Virus record (IMG/VR): IMGVR_UViG_3300023060_000001
Location: 32,001 to 96,000 of that record
Source of the DNA: a virus
Taxonomy: Duplodnaviria > Caudoviricetes
Strand: one strand, 5' to 3'
DNA: 64,000 bases
A model generated the notes under the pieces. The model worked only from the letters and a program-made list of their open reading frames with translations, made no database searches and was not told where the DNA came from. Position 1 is the stretch's first letter. Each line of letters begins with the position of its first letter. Below, piece after piece: positions 49,317 to 61,283 of the stretch. Made by a program: the position numbers and the translations under genes.

Positions 49317-50868
49317 ATTTAGTTTTGTGATGGGTGATGTGCCTAAGGTGGAAGGTGAGGAAAAACCTTTTGTAAGAGATGATTCAGACAATAAGTTGTT
49401 CCCTGAAATTCAGGTGAAAGATATAACTTCTATTATAACAAAGGATTGTATTGGTTATAAAGATTCTGATACTATGATCTATAAAGCTTGTCAGAATGTA
49501 GAACGTAAATTCATAAAAGCGGTAAACATTCACACCAAAGAAGAAAAAGTCTTAGAAAAAGTTACTGACTTCTGGGGAAGAGGGAAAGCTATTAAAGAGG
49601 GTACTGTTCTTTTTGAAATGAATGAGGATAGGGTTTTACTGGGGGAAGAACCTTGGACAAAAGAAGACTTCGAAATCGTGGATTGCCAAGAACTCAAGTA
49701 CGATAAAAAGAAGGCTATTGAGCAAGCAAAGATTCAGATCCATAAAACTTTAAAAAGAGAACGTTTGCAGTATAGAATCCCCAAGATTGTAATGGTGATT
49801 GGAGAGGGTGATAATTTTAGGAACTTTTTACCACTAAATCGGCCTTACAAAGGTGAAAGGAAGAAAGTGTTACGTCCCCTTATATTAAAAGAGATCAGGG
49901 AGTGGGCGGTTAAGGAGATGGGTGCTGTTGAAGCTGAACCACGTTGGGATGGTCAGATGGTAGAGGCGGACGACAAAACTGAATACTTCGGTAACATAGG
50001 TTTTCGACATTACCTAGAAACAGGTTTGTATAATACTCTTGTACTAGCGAGTGATAAGGACGCTGGCGGAAACCCTAAACTTTGGGTGAACCCAGATACC
50101 CACGTAGGGGAAAATAATCCCTTGCAAGGTAAGTTTAAAATGCCACAAGCTATGCAAATACCTTCTAGTAATGAATCAGTAGGTGGCATAGAGAAGTCTT
50201 TTAATACGAAAGGGGAATTACAAGGTTTAAAAGGTTACGGTTTCTTATGGATTCTTTACCAAGGCATCTTAGGAAAAGATCAAGCCGATGCTTATGATGC
50301 TCTAGGACATTTAAAAGATTCAGGGTACAACTTAAACTTTGGAGATGAATCAGCTTATAAAGTTTTAAAGCCTTGTAAAAACTCTAAAGAAGCGCTGCAA
50401 GCAGCTATTGATACAGTAGCTAAACTTTTACCTTATGGAGTAGAATATACAGATTTCAAAGGCGATAAGTATGATGTGGATACACTAACTTACTTAAATA
50501 CATATTTTCTTACAGCATATATGTTACGCCACGATAAAGATAAAATGGATCTGTTTACCTTGTGTAAATTGTTCAAAGTAGATACCTCTGCAATTGAAAA
50601 CAATAATCTTCTAACAGCACCTTATGAAGTGTTCAATGAGGATAATGCAGAAACTATAATCGCATCTTATGACAATGTTATTGATCATCTTTTGAATAAT
50701 AACCTGAAAGCATACAAATCTGGTAAGAAGCAAGACCTAGTGGACGCAATGGATTCCATTAAAGAAATGTTACTTGAGCAAAGAAAACTTTCTTCGGAAG
50801 GTAAGACAAAACTTGTACAAAAGAATAAAGACACTGGCGAAATTATTGATTACATTGAAGGAGAATAA
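49309..50868 (+). CDS. 5'-3' exonuclease (T5 D15/RNase H-like)
   Basis: NFR..PYKGER; EADD; SDKD; DQADAY. Confidence 0.8.
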   Translation: MSEFSFVMGDVPKVEGEEKPFVRDDSDNKLFPEIQVKDITSIITKDCIGYKDSDTMIYKACQNVERKFIKAVNIHTKEEKVLEKVTDFWGRGKAIKEGTVLFEMNEDRVLLGEEPWTKEDFEIVDCQELKYDKKKAIEQAKIQIHKTLKRERLQYRIPKIVMVIGEGDNFRNFLPLNRPYKGERKKVLRPLILKEIREWAVKEMGAVEAEPRWDGQMVEADDKTEYFGNIGFRHYLETGLYNTLVLASDKDAGGNPKLWVNPDTHVGENNPLQGKFKMPQAMQIPSSNESVGGIEKSFNTKGELQGLKGYGFLWILYQGILGKDQADAYDALGHLKDSGYNLNFGDESAYKVLKPCKNSKEALQAAIDTVAKLLPYGVEYTDFKGDKYDVDTLTYLNTYFLTAYMLRHDKDKMDLFTLCKLFKVDTSAIENNNLLTAPYEVFNEDNAETIIASYDNVIDHLLNNNLKAYKSGKKQDLVDAMDSIKEMLLEQRKLSSEGKTKLVQKNKDTGEIIDYIEGE

Positions 50869-51126
50869 TTGATGAAAAGTTACACTGCAAAAGATGTAAT
50901 TGCTACGGTAAAGGGTAAGCCTATTTCAGGAACTTGGGGTCATACTTTTGATACACGTAAACCAGAGTATAAAATAATCTCCTCATCAAAAGATATTCCT
51001 GAAAATGGTATAGTTTATCAGAATGATTGTGGCTTCTGGTATGAGTGGGATTTATCAGGAAAGTGTGAAGATGCGTTGGAAATCCTTTTCCAAACAAATT
51101 TAATTTATGTAAAAGAGGGAGAATAA
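50869..51126 (+). CDS. Hypothetical protein; N-terminus resembles the tail tube start (SYTAKDV)
   Basis: RBS; ORF track. Confidence 0.5.
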   Translation: MMKSYTAKDVIATVKGKPISGTWGHTFDTRKPEYKIISSSKDIPENGIVYQNDCGFWYEWDLSGKCEDALEILFQTNLIYVKEGE

Positions 51127-51130
51127 TATT

Positions 51131-51808
51131 ATGACAAAATTATCACGTAGCACCAAAGCAGAGAAAGCAGCAGCAATCCAACAAGTGTACATCACTGCAC
51201 GAAATATTAATGCTTGTGTCGGAAATGAACTCACTTCTGAATATGAAGATAATCAATTTGCACTGACGGAGAGTGAATTTTTAGAAACGGTGAAAGCCAT
51301 TGATGAAAATGATATCATTGAATTACATGACGGTCTTGGTGATATATTAACAACACTTTCAGAACTAGTGTGTATTGTTGATGGGGATGATTACTTAACC
51401 AAGAATGCACCACTTTACCTAAATGACTCTGAGCGAAATGTCGATGATCTTGTGTACGAAGGTTACCGATTCTTCCGTGAACGTAACTATGTTGATGCGT
51501 TGGGTGCTATTGAGGATGCTGTTGATTCTGTGGAAGGTGATATTGTTGCTTATTTACATGCGGTGAATAAATCAAACCTTTCTAAATTCCCTGCTGTTGG
51601 CACAGTTGACCCAGAAGTAGAAGCGGATAAGATTGAGGAAAAGGGTCGTTACAAAGATGTGTATTTTGAAGAAGGTGAACTATTAGGTAAACAGGTTTAC
51701 ATTTTCAAGAGTAAGTATGATTCTAAAAATAATGAACGTTTTCCGAAAGGTAAATATCTTAAGCCAAGTAGTTTCCGTGAACCACAGGAATTATTGGAGG
51801 AAATGTAA
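51131..51808 (+). CDS. MazG-like NTP pyrophosphohydrolase
   Basis: ESEFLE..ELHDGLGDI..VNKSNLSK..GKYLKP. Confidence 0.75.
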   Translation: MTKLSRSTKAEKAAAIQQVYITARNINACVGNELTSEYEDNQFALTESEFLETVKAIDENDIIELHDGLGDILTTLSELVCIVDGDDYLTKNAPLYLNDSERNVDDLVYEGYRFFRERNYVDALGAIEDAVDSVEGDIVAYLHAVNKSNLSKFPAVGTVDPEVEADKIEEKGRYKDVYFEEGELLGKQVYIFKSKYDSKNNERFPKGKYLKPSSFREPQELLEEM

Positions 51809-52280
51809 TGTCATTATTTGAAAAGATTAAAAGTATTGAAGAAGAGTTGGAAAATTATTCTTACTTAGAAACAACTGAGCACTGCTGGTATAAAAACGAA
51901 GATGAAGTTAAATGGGTTGATAAGGAAAACGATGTTTACAGTGGTGAATATTACCAAAGTGTCTTTGAAAAAGATGATTGTGTTTTGGTAAATATGGATA
52001 CTGGTTGTGGCGAAACTGTGACTCAAGTTTTCAAAAAGGAATTACAACTTACCGAAGATGAATTTTACGATAAGTATGAGGACTTCATGTAATGAATAAT
52101 AAAACTTTAATAAATACTGCCATTGAAACAAGTGACCTTTTGTTCTTTGGTGGTAACCTTATAAAACCGTACTCTTTAGAAGGTGATACCCTTTGGTACA
52201 GGGATTTGACGGAAAACTATGAAGCTTGTGCTAATATCTCTGATGCGGAAATTGTTCCTTATGTAGAAGGGGTGGTATGA
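51808..52280 (+). other. Two hypothetical genes (51808 and 52092)
   Basis: TAATG-coupled ORFs. Confidence 0.6.
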
Positions 52281-52834
52281 AAACGGATAAGAATCCTTGG
52301 GAAACACCAGAAGGTAGGCAGGTTTGGAAGACACCTTCAGAATACTTTACATGGTTAAGGGGAGCACTAAGGCGTATTTGGTCAGACTACCCATTAAGGA
52401 AAGTTTGGAAGAAAGAGCAACTTCGTCCTGTTACAAAAGAAGAACGTGCCAATAAGAAATTTCACCCCTCTACTAAGAATGTAGGTGAATGTCATTACTG
52501 TAAAGAATGGTTTGCTGGAAGTAAACTGGAATGTGATCATGTGGAAGAATCGACAGGTTGTAGAAGCTACGAAACTGCTAGTGATTTTTTATGGCATTGT
52601 GCGGGAGACAACGGGGATAATTGGGTGCTGGCTTGTAAACCTTGTCATAAGATTAAATCCCACCAAGAATCTCGTGGGTTTTCTACGTTTGAAGAAGCTG
52701 ATGCGGATAAACAGGCTATCCTAATTTGTAAAGGCGATGAGAAGAAGTGGCTATCTTCTAAAGGAGTGGTTCCTGCAAGTAATGCTAAAGCAAGACGTAA
52801 ACAGGTTTTCGAAGAATTAATGAAACAAATATAA
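52277..52834 (+). CDS. HNH-type endonuclease
   Basis: CHYC..LECDH..LACKPCHKIKS. Confidence 0.75.
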   Translation: MKTDKNPWETPEGRQVWKTPSEYFTWLRGALRRIWSDYPLRKVWKKEQLRPVTKEERANKKFHPSTKNVGECHYCKEWFAGSKLECDHVEESTGCRSYETASDFLWHCAGDNGDNWVLACKPCHKIKSHQESRGFSTFEEADADKQAILICKGDEKKWLSSKGVVPASNAKARRKQVFEELMKQI

Positions 52835-52899
52835 ATAAACTATTGACAGCGGAAAGGATTCTGCTACAATTACCACATTGAACAAACAGGAGAGTAACA

Positions 52900-53539
52900 T
52901 TGAATAAATCGTATAAGCTTTGCAAAACAGCCTCACAACTGAATGAGTATACTCGTCAAGAACGGGATTCACGTTGCGGATACTTGGATGAACTTTGGAA
53001 TAAAGGTGGTGGCTTCCAATCAACAAAGGATGGCCTAAGTGGATTTATGCTTCACCCTAGACAAAACACTTTCCGTACAGTGGGTGATTTAGAGAAAGAA
53101 TTATCTGATGGTCAAGTGGCTGTGTTGAAAGAAACCTCTTTAGAAAGTATGCAGAAAAGTGATTATTTAGAAGAATTAAACTTTGGAGAAAATGATTATG
53201 AATAATGAAGAAAAATTAGATAAATGTATTAACTCTTTTTCAAATACCTATTACAACTTATTAAAGGGTATTTGTAAAGATATGCCTGTGGCTGCAATTG
53301 ATTTCGTTTCAGATGAAGCGGATAAGGTTATTAAAAAGGAGTTGGAAATATTTAAAGATGATAAAGATGTGGAAATGTTGTATCAGGTTTTAGTAAAAGA
53401 AAATTTTGAAAGTGTTACTAAAGATTTCAGCAAAAAGATTCACACCATTTCAGATAATATGGAAAAAGCTTTAGAAGTTGTTCTTGATGATAATGAAGAT
53501 TATCTAGAAAAGTTACTAAGTGAAGGTGATGTACATTAA
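52900..53539 (+). other. Two hypothetical genes (52900 and 53183)
   Basis: Behind the promoter TTGACA..TACAAT at 52843. Confidence 0.6.
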
Positions 53540-54492
53540 TGGAAAAGGAGAATAATATGACAGAAGGTTTCCCATCAGCGAAGGTTGTTGCCCACAGTAA
53601 AGCTCCAAATGGAGAAGAATTAATTACAATGGAAATTGAACTACATCGGTTTGTGCTTCCTGAATTCAATACTCATAGGTGTTTTTCACGTAACTTTCAA
53701 TCAAGCAGGGCAGTCCCTGTTAGTAAGATGATTGAACAAGTTAAGATGAAACCTGCTTTTCCTGTTCACATGGGGGTTAACCAACGAGGAATGGTTGCGG
53801 ATAAAGAATTGATTGGTGTGGATAAACACAATGCAGAACATGAGTGGTTAATGGCAGCAAAGAATGCAGCAAAGACCGCAGAGACTATGGATAAGATGGG
53901 TATTCATAAACAGGTTGTTAATCGTATACTAGAACCTTTCATGAAAACTAAGGGGGTTGTGACTTCTACTAAAGAAGGGTTTGAAAGCTTTTTTAAACTA
54001 CGTTCTCATAAAGATGCTCAACCAGAGATAAAAGAATTGAGTGATAAAATGTTAGCTGCTGTTACCAATAGTGATCCTATGGAGTTGAAGTACGGAGAGT
54101 ACCACTTACCTTATGTTGATTGGACTAGTGATGATGAAAGTATTTACTTTATCGGGAATAGTTTTAACATTAAGACAGTAGAAGATGCTATAAAAGTCTC
54201 ATCTAGTTGCTGTGCTCAGGTAAGCTATCGTGTACTAGATGACAGTTTAGAAAAAGCTATAAAGATTTATGATATGTTAAACTTACCTGAAAATGGAGTT
54301 TATTCGGAAGATCCTCCACACTTTAGTCCAACAGAACATGTTGCTAAAGTGGTTGACAACTCTTTCACGGAGGTGTATTCTTCGTCTACAAGGTCAGATG
54401 CCGTAGACCAAAGCGGTAACTTTAATAGTGTAGAGTTTATCCAGTATAGAAAATGTTTGGAATTGGGTAATGAGGATTATTTTATTGGTTAA
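53539..54492 (+). CDS. thyX: Flavin-dependent thymidylate synthase
   Basis: THRCFSRNFQSSRA motif; FFKLR..AQPEI. Confidence 0.85.
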   Translation: MEKENNMTEGFPSAKVVAHSKAPNGEELITMEIELHRFVLPEFNTHRCFSRNFQSSRAVPVSKMIEQVKMKPAFPVHMGVNQRGMVADKELIGVDKHNAEHEWLMAAKNAAKTAETMDKMGIHKQVVNRILEPFMKTKGVVTSTKEGFESFFKLRSHKDAQPEIKELSDKMLAAVTNSDPMELKYGEYHLPYVDWTSDDESIYFIGNSFNIKTVEDAIKVSSSCCAQVSYRVLDDSLEKAIKIYDMLNLPENGVYSEDPPHFSPTEHVAKVVDNSFTEVYSSSTRSDAVDQSGNFNSVEFIQYRKCLELGNEDYFIG

Positions 54493-54598
54493 TAACGTTT
54501 AAAGGTTAGTAACAATTAACCAAAAAAACCTATTGACAATAAGAAACCATTATGAGATAATAAGCGCCCAGTTTGAGAATAAAGGAGATTCATTTTGA

Positions 54599-55054
54599 AT
54601 GAAGAAGCATTCATTGCGTAAGAATAATAACAATTCAGATAAAGGGGGTGATGGTAAAAAGTCTCCTCCTACTTGGAAAATAATGGGTTTCCCAAGTGAA
54701 TATGAGTACACACATCGCAGAATGTATGACCGTCCTGCCAATGATGTTTTTGTAGAAGATGAATACGATTTTGATTAAAAAGAAGGAAATATAATTATGA
54801 CAACAGCGAATATTGAGATGGAAAGTTTGGTAGATTTTAAATTGGATAGTAAAGATTTCCCAGAAACGGTGATGCTTCTGCAAAACCATTTAGAAGTTTA
54901 CAAAGATACACACGGTAGAAAAGCTCCTTATGCGGAAGATTTCAATAAACTTGTAGGTGATATTCAGGCTGCTTGGGACAAGAAAGAGAGTTACATTTTA
55001 GTGAATGCTAAAGAAGCGGAAGATGTTCGTCATATTTTAGTTAATGGTTTATAA
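54599..55054 (+). other. Two hypothetical genes (untracked 59-aa ORF 54599..54778; 54797..55054)
   Basis: Promoter TTGACA..GATAAT at 54533; RBSs. Confidence 0.55.
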
Positions 55055-55064
55055 GGGGTAGATT

Positions 55065-56331
55065 TTGAGTATAAACTATGTTACTAAAAGTAATGGTGAT
55101 GTTGTAGAGTTTTCTCCTGACAAATTGAACCGTATGGCAGAATGGGGTTCGACCATAGGGATTTGTTGGTCAGGGTTGGTTTTTGATGCATTACGTAAAG
55201 TAGAAGATAAATGTTCAACACAAGAATTACAACAAGCATTAATTGATGCGTGTTCCGATAAGAAAACCCCTGAACATTTAGATATGGCAGCAAGACTATA
55301 CTTAGGTTCTTTGTATAAAACTGTACACGGAGGTTTCGAAGAGAGACCCTCTTTACCAGACTTCTATTATAAAATGACTTCTGCTGGTGTATGGGAATAC
55401 ATGGATTATGATGACTCTGACTTAGATTATCTTGATAGTGTTTTGGATAATGATAAAGATTTGAACTATAAATTATCTACAGTAAAACAAATAAGTACAA
55501 AATATGCAAAGAAGCTAAATGGTGTAGTTTGTGAAACACCTCAATATGCTTTCATGGGTATTGCAATGAAGGTGATGGAAACTCAACCTGATGAGCGTAG
55601 ACTAGAAGATGTTGAGAAGTTGTATACATACTTAAGCGACCTAAAGATTAATATGCCGACACCTTTCTTAGCGGGTTTGAGAACTTCTTTTAAAGGTTTT
55701 GCTAGCTGTTGTGTAATCAAGTCAGAAGATACTGCAGACTCTATTGAGAATTTAGTACATGCTGCTTATAAGTTTACTAATGCGTCATCTGGTATTGGTT
55801 GTACGCTAACCACTCGTTCTGTTAAAGATCCTATAAGATCACAACCTGATAAACATACAGGAAAGATACCTTATTATCGATATTTACAAGGAGCGGTTAA
55901 ATCTACTAAGCAGGAAGTTAGAGGTGGTGGTGCGACAGTCCATTACACTGTACTTGACCCAGAAGTAGAAACCTTGTTAAGACTGAAGCATCCCACCACA
56001 ATAGAAGATAAGCGTATACGTGGGCTTGATTATTCAATGGGGGCAACAAAACTATTAGCTGAAAAAGCTTCTCGGAAAGAACCTTGGATGTTAGTGTCTT
56101 ACTATGATTCTCCTGAGTTATATGAAGCACATTTTAAAGGTTATGACGAGTTTAAGAAAGCTTATCAAGATTATGAAAAGAGTGAAGGTAAGAAGAAGTT
56201 TGTTAACTCTTTTGAAGTATTAAAACTATTCTTGACTCAACGTGGTGATACAGGTCGTAAATACCACACTTGGTTAGACGAAATGAATACACATACACCG
56301 TTTAAAGATACAATCTATAGTAGTAATCTGT
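55065..56331 (+). CDS. nrdA: Ribonucleotide reductase class Ia alpha subunit, exon 1
   Basis: ATP cone; PTP; ASCC; ends SSNL plus the first base of the Cys codon. Confidence 0.93.
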
Positions 56332-56553
56332 GAAATGACGCAGCCTTACGTGGGGACACGTATTGAAGAATTGGGTGAATTGACTGGAAAGCTAAGAGGT
56401 TTTACCTTATGCCAATCAGCAGCGAAGCTCTAAGGATAGAGAACGTTCAGAGACTAGTGGAGTTTGAGAACTTAATTACCACATTAGCGCCCAACACCTA
56501 GAACAGGTGATGATATAGTCCGATACTTGTAGAAATATAAGATTAACATTGAG
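56332..56553 (+). mobile_element. ORF-less group I intron (222 nt) in nrdA
   Basis: P1 CUGU/GCAG; P10 UGAC/GUCA; P GAAUUGACUGGAA; Q AAUCAGCAGC; R GUUCAGAGACUA; S AUGAUAUAGUCC; terminal G. Splicing restores SNLCQEI. Confidence 0.92.
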
Positions 56554-57563
56554 GTCAGGAGATATTTCTCCCTACTAAAGGTTACTTAAACGTTGTGGAT
56601 ATGTATGATAAGAATAAAGGAGTCGAAGCAGGGGAGATTGCTTTATGTTTCCTAAGTTGTTTGGTTGCAGGAAGAATTTCAGAAGAGGAATATGAAGATG
56701 TAGCTTATTACTCTCTTCTAGCAGTAGATAATGTTATAGATTTGATGGAGTACCCTTTTCCTCAAGTAGAGAACACTGCTAAAGGTAGACGTAGTGTGGG
56801 TATAGGTATTACCAATCTAGCACATGATATGGCGGTAAGAGGTTTGGGTTACAGTAGCTTAGAGGGTAAGAATTACATGCACTCTTTAGCTGAAATGCAC
56901 AGCTTCTACCTACACAGTGCAAGCTTACGTTTAGCAAAAGAGAAAGGTAACTGTTCTTTAATAAATAGGACTAAGTATCCTGAAGGTTGGCTACCTGTTG
57001 ACACGTACAATAAAAACGTGGATGATGTACATAGCCAAGGTTTGAAATTTGATTGGGAAAGTTTACGTAAGGGAATCATAAAGCAAGGTGGTATACGTAA
57101 CTCGGTACTAGAGGCAACTCCTCCTGCTGAAAGTAGCTCTCAAGCAAGTGAGACTACTAACAGTCTATACCCTATACGTGAATTTTACACTGTTAAGCGT
57201 TCTGGTAGTACAGTGAATACTTTTGCAGCACCTGATATTGAGAAGGAAGAAGTTAAAAATAGTTATGAACTTGCTTATAATGTACCTACTAAGGACATTA
57301 TAGATTGTTACGCTATCTTCCAAAAGTTTCATGGGCAAGGTATTAGTTGTGACCTTTACACAAACTATAGTAAGTATGAAGGTGAAAAAGTACCTCTTAC
57401 TGTAATGATGAAAGATTACTTCTACGCTACTAAAATGGGGCTTAAAAGTTTATACTATCAGAATAGTAAAGGTGGTATCAAAGAAGACGAGACTAAAGTC
57501 ACGGTTGCAGCAACTTCTATTTTAGAAGATGAAGAAGACGATTGTGAAAGTTGCCGTATGTAA
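56554..57563 (+). CDS. nrdA: Ribonucleotide reductase alpha subunit, exon 2
   Basis: (C)QEIFLP; ALCFL; PPAESSS; KSLYY; C-terminal CESC. Confidence 0.93.
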
Positions 57564-57615
57564 TTTTAAAGGCTGTAGTAAAATACAGCCTATTATTTAA
57601 AGAGGAATTATATTA

Positions 57616-58953
57616 GTGATAGATAATGTATTAAATCGTTCTAACACAGGATGGAAAACAGGAAAGTATCCTTTATTCATGGGGGAAGAGTTAGGCTTAC
57701 ATGATACTATGAATAGACCTTACCCAGAGTTATTCAAACTATTCAAAAAGCTTAAAAGTTTAGACTGGGCAGAAGATGAGATAGACTTGGAAAAGTCAAG
57801 ATTAGATTTTGCAAGTTGTGATAAAAATAGTTACGATGTTATGATAAAAACTTTATCCTTTCAATATGAAGCGGATAGCCTTGCATCTAGATCTATAATT
57901 GCATTGTTTGCACCATTTATTTCTAACAGCGATTTAAGTCAAATGATGTTGAAGTGGAGTGAGAACGAATCCCTTCATGCATTAACTTACTCTGAAATAA
58001 TTAGGCAATGCATATCCAATCCTGACGATGTATTTAATGAGATACTATCTGATAAGAATATAACTGATCGTTCAGATGTTATCGCTAAGAGTTTTTCTAA
58101 GTTGAAAGTGCTTGGTGCTAAATATTCTTTAGATAAAAACTCAGTATCATCAGAAGAAGTGCGAGAGACTTTGCTTTTAAGTTTGGTAGCTTTATATTGC
58201 CTAGAGGCAATGGAGTTTATGGCATCTTTTGCATGTACATTTAGTCTTGCTGAGAGAGACCTATTCGAGGGTGTGGCAAGTTTAGTACAGAAAATAATGG
58301 TAGATGAAACAATCCATACTCAAATGGACGAAGCTATTATTGATATTCTGTTTAAAGAACCAGAATGGAAAGCAACTTTTGAGAAGATTAAACCTCAAGT
58401 TCAAGAGTTAGTGGATAGCGTCTACCATCAAGAAGTTTCTTGGTCGGAGTATATATTCAGTGAAGGACGTAGTGTCCTTGGTTTGACAGCAGGGCTACTT
58501 AAAGATTGGGTTACATACAGAACCGACGCTGTGTACAATAAACTGGGACTTGTTAAGCCTTACAATGTTGTAGAGGAGAACCCTTTACCTTGGATGGATA
58601 AGTGGTTAGATATAGACTCTAATCAACAGTCAGCACAAGAGGTTAGTTTGAACAATTACCGATTAAACTCTGTTATAGATGATACTAGTGAAGATATCAT
58701 TTACGACTTTGGTAACAGAGAGAACACATTACCTTCTGATGTTGTGGTTTATACAAAAGAGTTCTGTCCTTTTTGCGATAAGGTTAAACAATTCCTTAAA
58801 GATAAAGGTATCAATATAACAGAAGTTGATGTGGAAAGAGTTTATGCAAAACAAAGTTTGATAAACAAAGGGTTAACCACAGTACCTCAAGTATTTACTC
58901 AAGAGGGAAATTACTTAGGTGATTGTACTTCTATCATCAACAAATATTCATAA
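57616..58953 (+). CDS. nrdB: Ribonucleotide reductase beta subunit fused to a C-terminal glutaredoxin
   Basis: W.E.E; ESLHALTY; DETIH; then VYTKEFCPFC...TVPQVF..GD. Confidence 0.92.
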   Translation: MIDNVLNRSNTGWKTGKYPLFMGEELGLHDTMNRPYPELFKLFKKLKSLDWAEDEIDLEKSRLDFASCDKNSYDVMIKTLSFQYEADSLASRSIIALFAPFISNSDLSQMMLKWSENESLHALTYSEIIRQCISNPDDVFNEILSDKNITDRSDVIAKSFSKLKVLGAKYSLDKNSVSSEEVRETLLLSLVALYCLEAMEFMASFACTFSLAERDLFEGVASLVQKIMVDETIHTQMDEAIIDILFKEPEWKATFEKIKPQVQELVDSVYHQEVSWSEYIFSEGRSVLGLTAGLLKDWVTYRTDAVYNKLGLVKPYNVVEENPLPWMDKWLDIDSNQQSAQEVSLNNYRLNSVIDDTSEDIIYDFGNRENTLPSDVVVYTKEFCPFCDKVKQFLKDKGINITEVDVERVYAKQSLINKGLTTVPQVFTQEGNYLGDCTSIINKYS

Positions 58954-60287
58954 AGGAGAAACCATGACAAAAGAATCAAATGGCTCAGATTACAAAGAAG
59001 ATTACGCCAAACTGGAAGCAATCATTATCAAGATGTTAGAACACGTTTCAGAATTAGATAACGTTGACCAAGAATTACAGAACACTTTAAACGATTTCGT
59101 TTATGAGGTTGTTGGTCAAGTTAAATTCCTTCTGACAATGTATGACCAGAATATCCAAAAGTACAATCACACTTTGGAAAATATGGATAATGTTATCGAT
59201 GGTTTGGATTGTTCACGAGGGGTGAAAGCTTCTCTAAAAGCAGCCTTACCACAAAAAGGTTAACATTAGGAAGATTGGACACTATGACAAAAAAGAAAAG
59301 AAATATTGTTAAAAGGAAAACAGCTTCTGACGATATAGTTAATTTCTCAGAAGGTAATATCCAGTTTAAATATTATCCTTACACTGGGGAAGTCTTTTGT
59401 CCATCTTCTCACTCCCTTGTGTTAACAGCACACCACTTTGGAATAAGAGGGTTTGAGATTTCAGAAAGTAGGAGTGAAATCCATAAGAACATGTTATTCG
59501 TTCACCCTCCTACTGATATGGAAAAAGTGGAAGCCTTTAGGTTAATTAAGAAAACCTTGCGTGAGTTGAAGGATGACCGTAAGCAGAAGAGAGCAGAACT
59601 TATTGCTAAGAATATTAACAATAGGACAGGTAATCCTATAACATGGGCTACTATCAACGCTTATATTCACAAGCTTAAAACGGGTGATTTATCAAGGGAG
59701 AAAGTTGCTAAATGGTTTAATACTTTTAACGTAGAAGATGACAAACATTTAAAAGCTAAGCACACCACTGTTATAGAAGTCTCTACTCGTAGTAAGGCAA
59801 CTATTATTAAGATGGGATTGGACATTTTGAAAAGGTTGTTCAAAGAAGGTAAGCTTAGGCGTTTGACAGAAGAACAATATCAAGCTAAGATGGAAGTATA
59901 TGCTAAAGAAAAAGCCGATAAGCAAAAAGAAAGTGAACAAGAGGGAGAAAAGGAAACGATTGTTAAAACTGGCGAAAGAAAGGAGGAAAGAGGGTGATCA
60001 ATGATAAAGGTTATTACTATTTAGATTACGAGTTTAATAAAGATGATACAGAAAGGTTATTACAACTAGAAGACGTGGATAACTTCTTAACAGAGAGTGA
60101 AGATAACCCACAGTATATTTCTGGGATAGAAGATAGTAAACACTATAAGAAGGTTTTATTTAATCTTAACCGTAAAAATATTAAATGGGACACCCTTTCT
60201 TTCTTTATATTAAAGAATAAAGGTAATCATACTGCAAGAAATTACAGGGTATGTTGTGATATAGGAGGTTACCATTGTGAAGAATAG
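58919..60287 (+). other. Three hypothetical genes (58919, 59209, 59994)
   Basis: Packed ORFs. Confidence 0.6.
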
Positions 60288-60858
60288 TTGTAAAAATGCA
60301 CCTCCTTTTGTGCAAGAGATAGTTGACCATATTATTGATGTAGAAGGGGGTTATGTCGATAACAAGGATGACTCAGGTGGTGAAACTAAGTATGGTGTGA
60401 CGGAAAAAGTTGCAAGAGCTAATGGTTACGAAGGACATATGTCAGAATTACCAATAACCTTTGCACAAGATTTATATGTCACCGAATATTACCTTACACC
60501 TAAGTTTAACCTTGTTGCAGAAGTGTCGGAAACTTTAGCAAAAGAAATGATGGACTCTGGGGTGAATGTAGGATATCGTACTCCCATAAAGTGGTTCCAA
60601 CGTTTGCTGAATGTATCTAATTGTAAGCAGAAGTATTACAAAGATATAGAAGTGGACGGATACTTAGGTAGTAAATCTATTGGTGCATACACAGCTTTGT
60701 GCAAAAGAAGAGGAGAACTTGAGGCAGAGAAGTACATTTTCAATGGGTTGAATAGTTTTCAGCAAGTTTACTATGTTGAATTGGCAGAACGTAGAGAGAA
60801 GGATGAAACTTTTGTTTATGGTCAAATTGTAAACAGGGTAGAGTATCTTCCATTTTAG
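60277..60858 (+). CDS. Endolysin, glycosyl hydrolase family 108 with a peptidoglycan-binding domain
   Basis: EGGYVDNKDDSGGETKYGVT; DSGVNVG; VDGYLG. Confidence 0.88.
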   Translation: MKNSCKNAPPFVQEIVDHIIDVEGGYVDNKDDSGGETKYGVTEKVARANGYEGHMSELPITFAQDLYVTEYYLTPKFNLVAEVSETLAKEMMDSGVNVGYRTPIKWFQRLLNVSNCKQKYYKDIEVDGYLGSKSIGAYTALCKRRGELEAEKYIFNGLNSFQQVYYVELAERREKDETFVYGQIVNRVEYLPF

Positions 60859-60866
60859 GAGGTGTT

Positions 60867-61257
60867 ATGCGAGCAGGTGTTTTGTTTACTATATTAGGTA
60901 TTATTTATATGTGGGGAGGTACTTACGAATGGTATGGGTTAGAAAATGACGTATTCACTTTTAAAGAAATAAATTTTATAGGTATAATCACAATGTTATT
61001 CGGGTGTCTGATGCTGACAATTGAAAAGGCTGGTGACGATATTATTAAAGCTTTGAAGAAGGAAGATTGATATGAATTGGGAAGAAAAGATTAAACTTTT
61101 GTGGATTTTGTTTGCTATCAATACATTTTTTGGAATAGTATCCGCATTTGATGGCAAAGATGCAGGAGCCTATGTTGTGGGGAACTTTGTAATATGTGCT
61201 ATTGCTATGGCGGTAGATATTATTTGTAAAGAGATTGACAGTTTAAAGGTTAAGTAG
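60867..61257 (+). other. Two small 2-TM membrane proteins (60867..61070 and 61072..61257)
   Basis: Two hydrophobic segments each and similar C-termini; directly follow the endolysin. Confidence 0.55.
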
Positions 61258-61283
61258 TTTTCATAATAATTATTAATTAAGAG

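Noticed and set aside
56331-56333. TGA at the catalytic Cys position of NrdA, read as selenocysteine or stop-codon recoding
   Set aside because: The GA belongs to a group I intron and splicing restores TGT. Other genes use TGA and TAG as normal stops.
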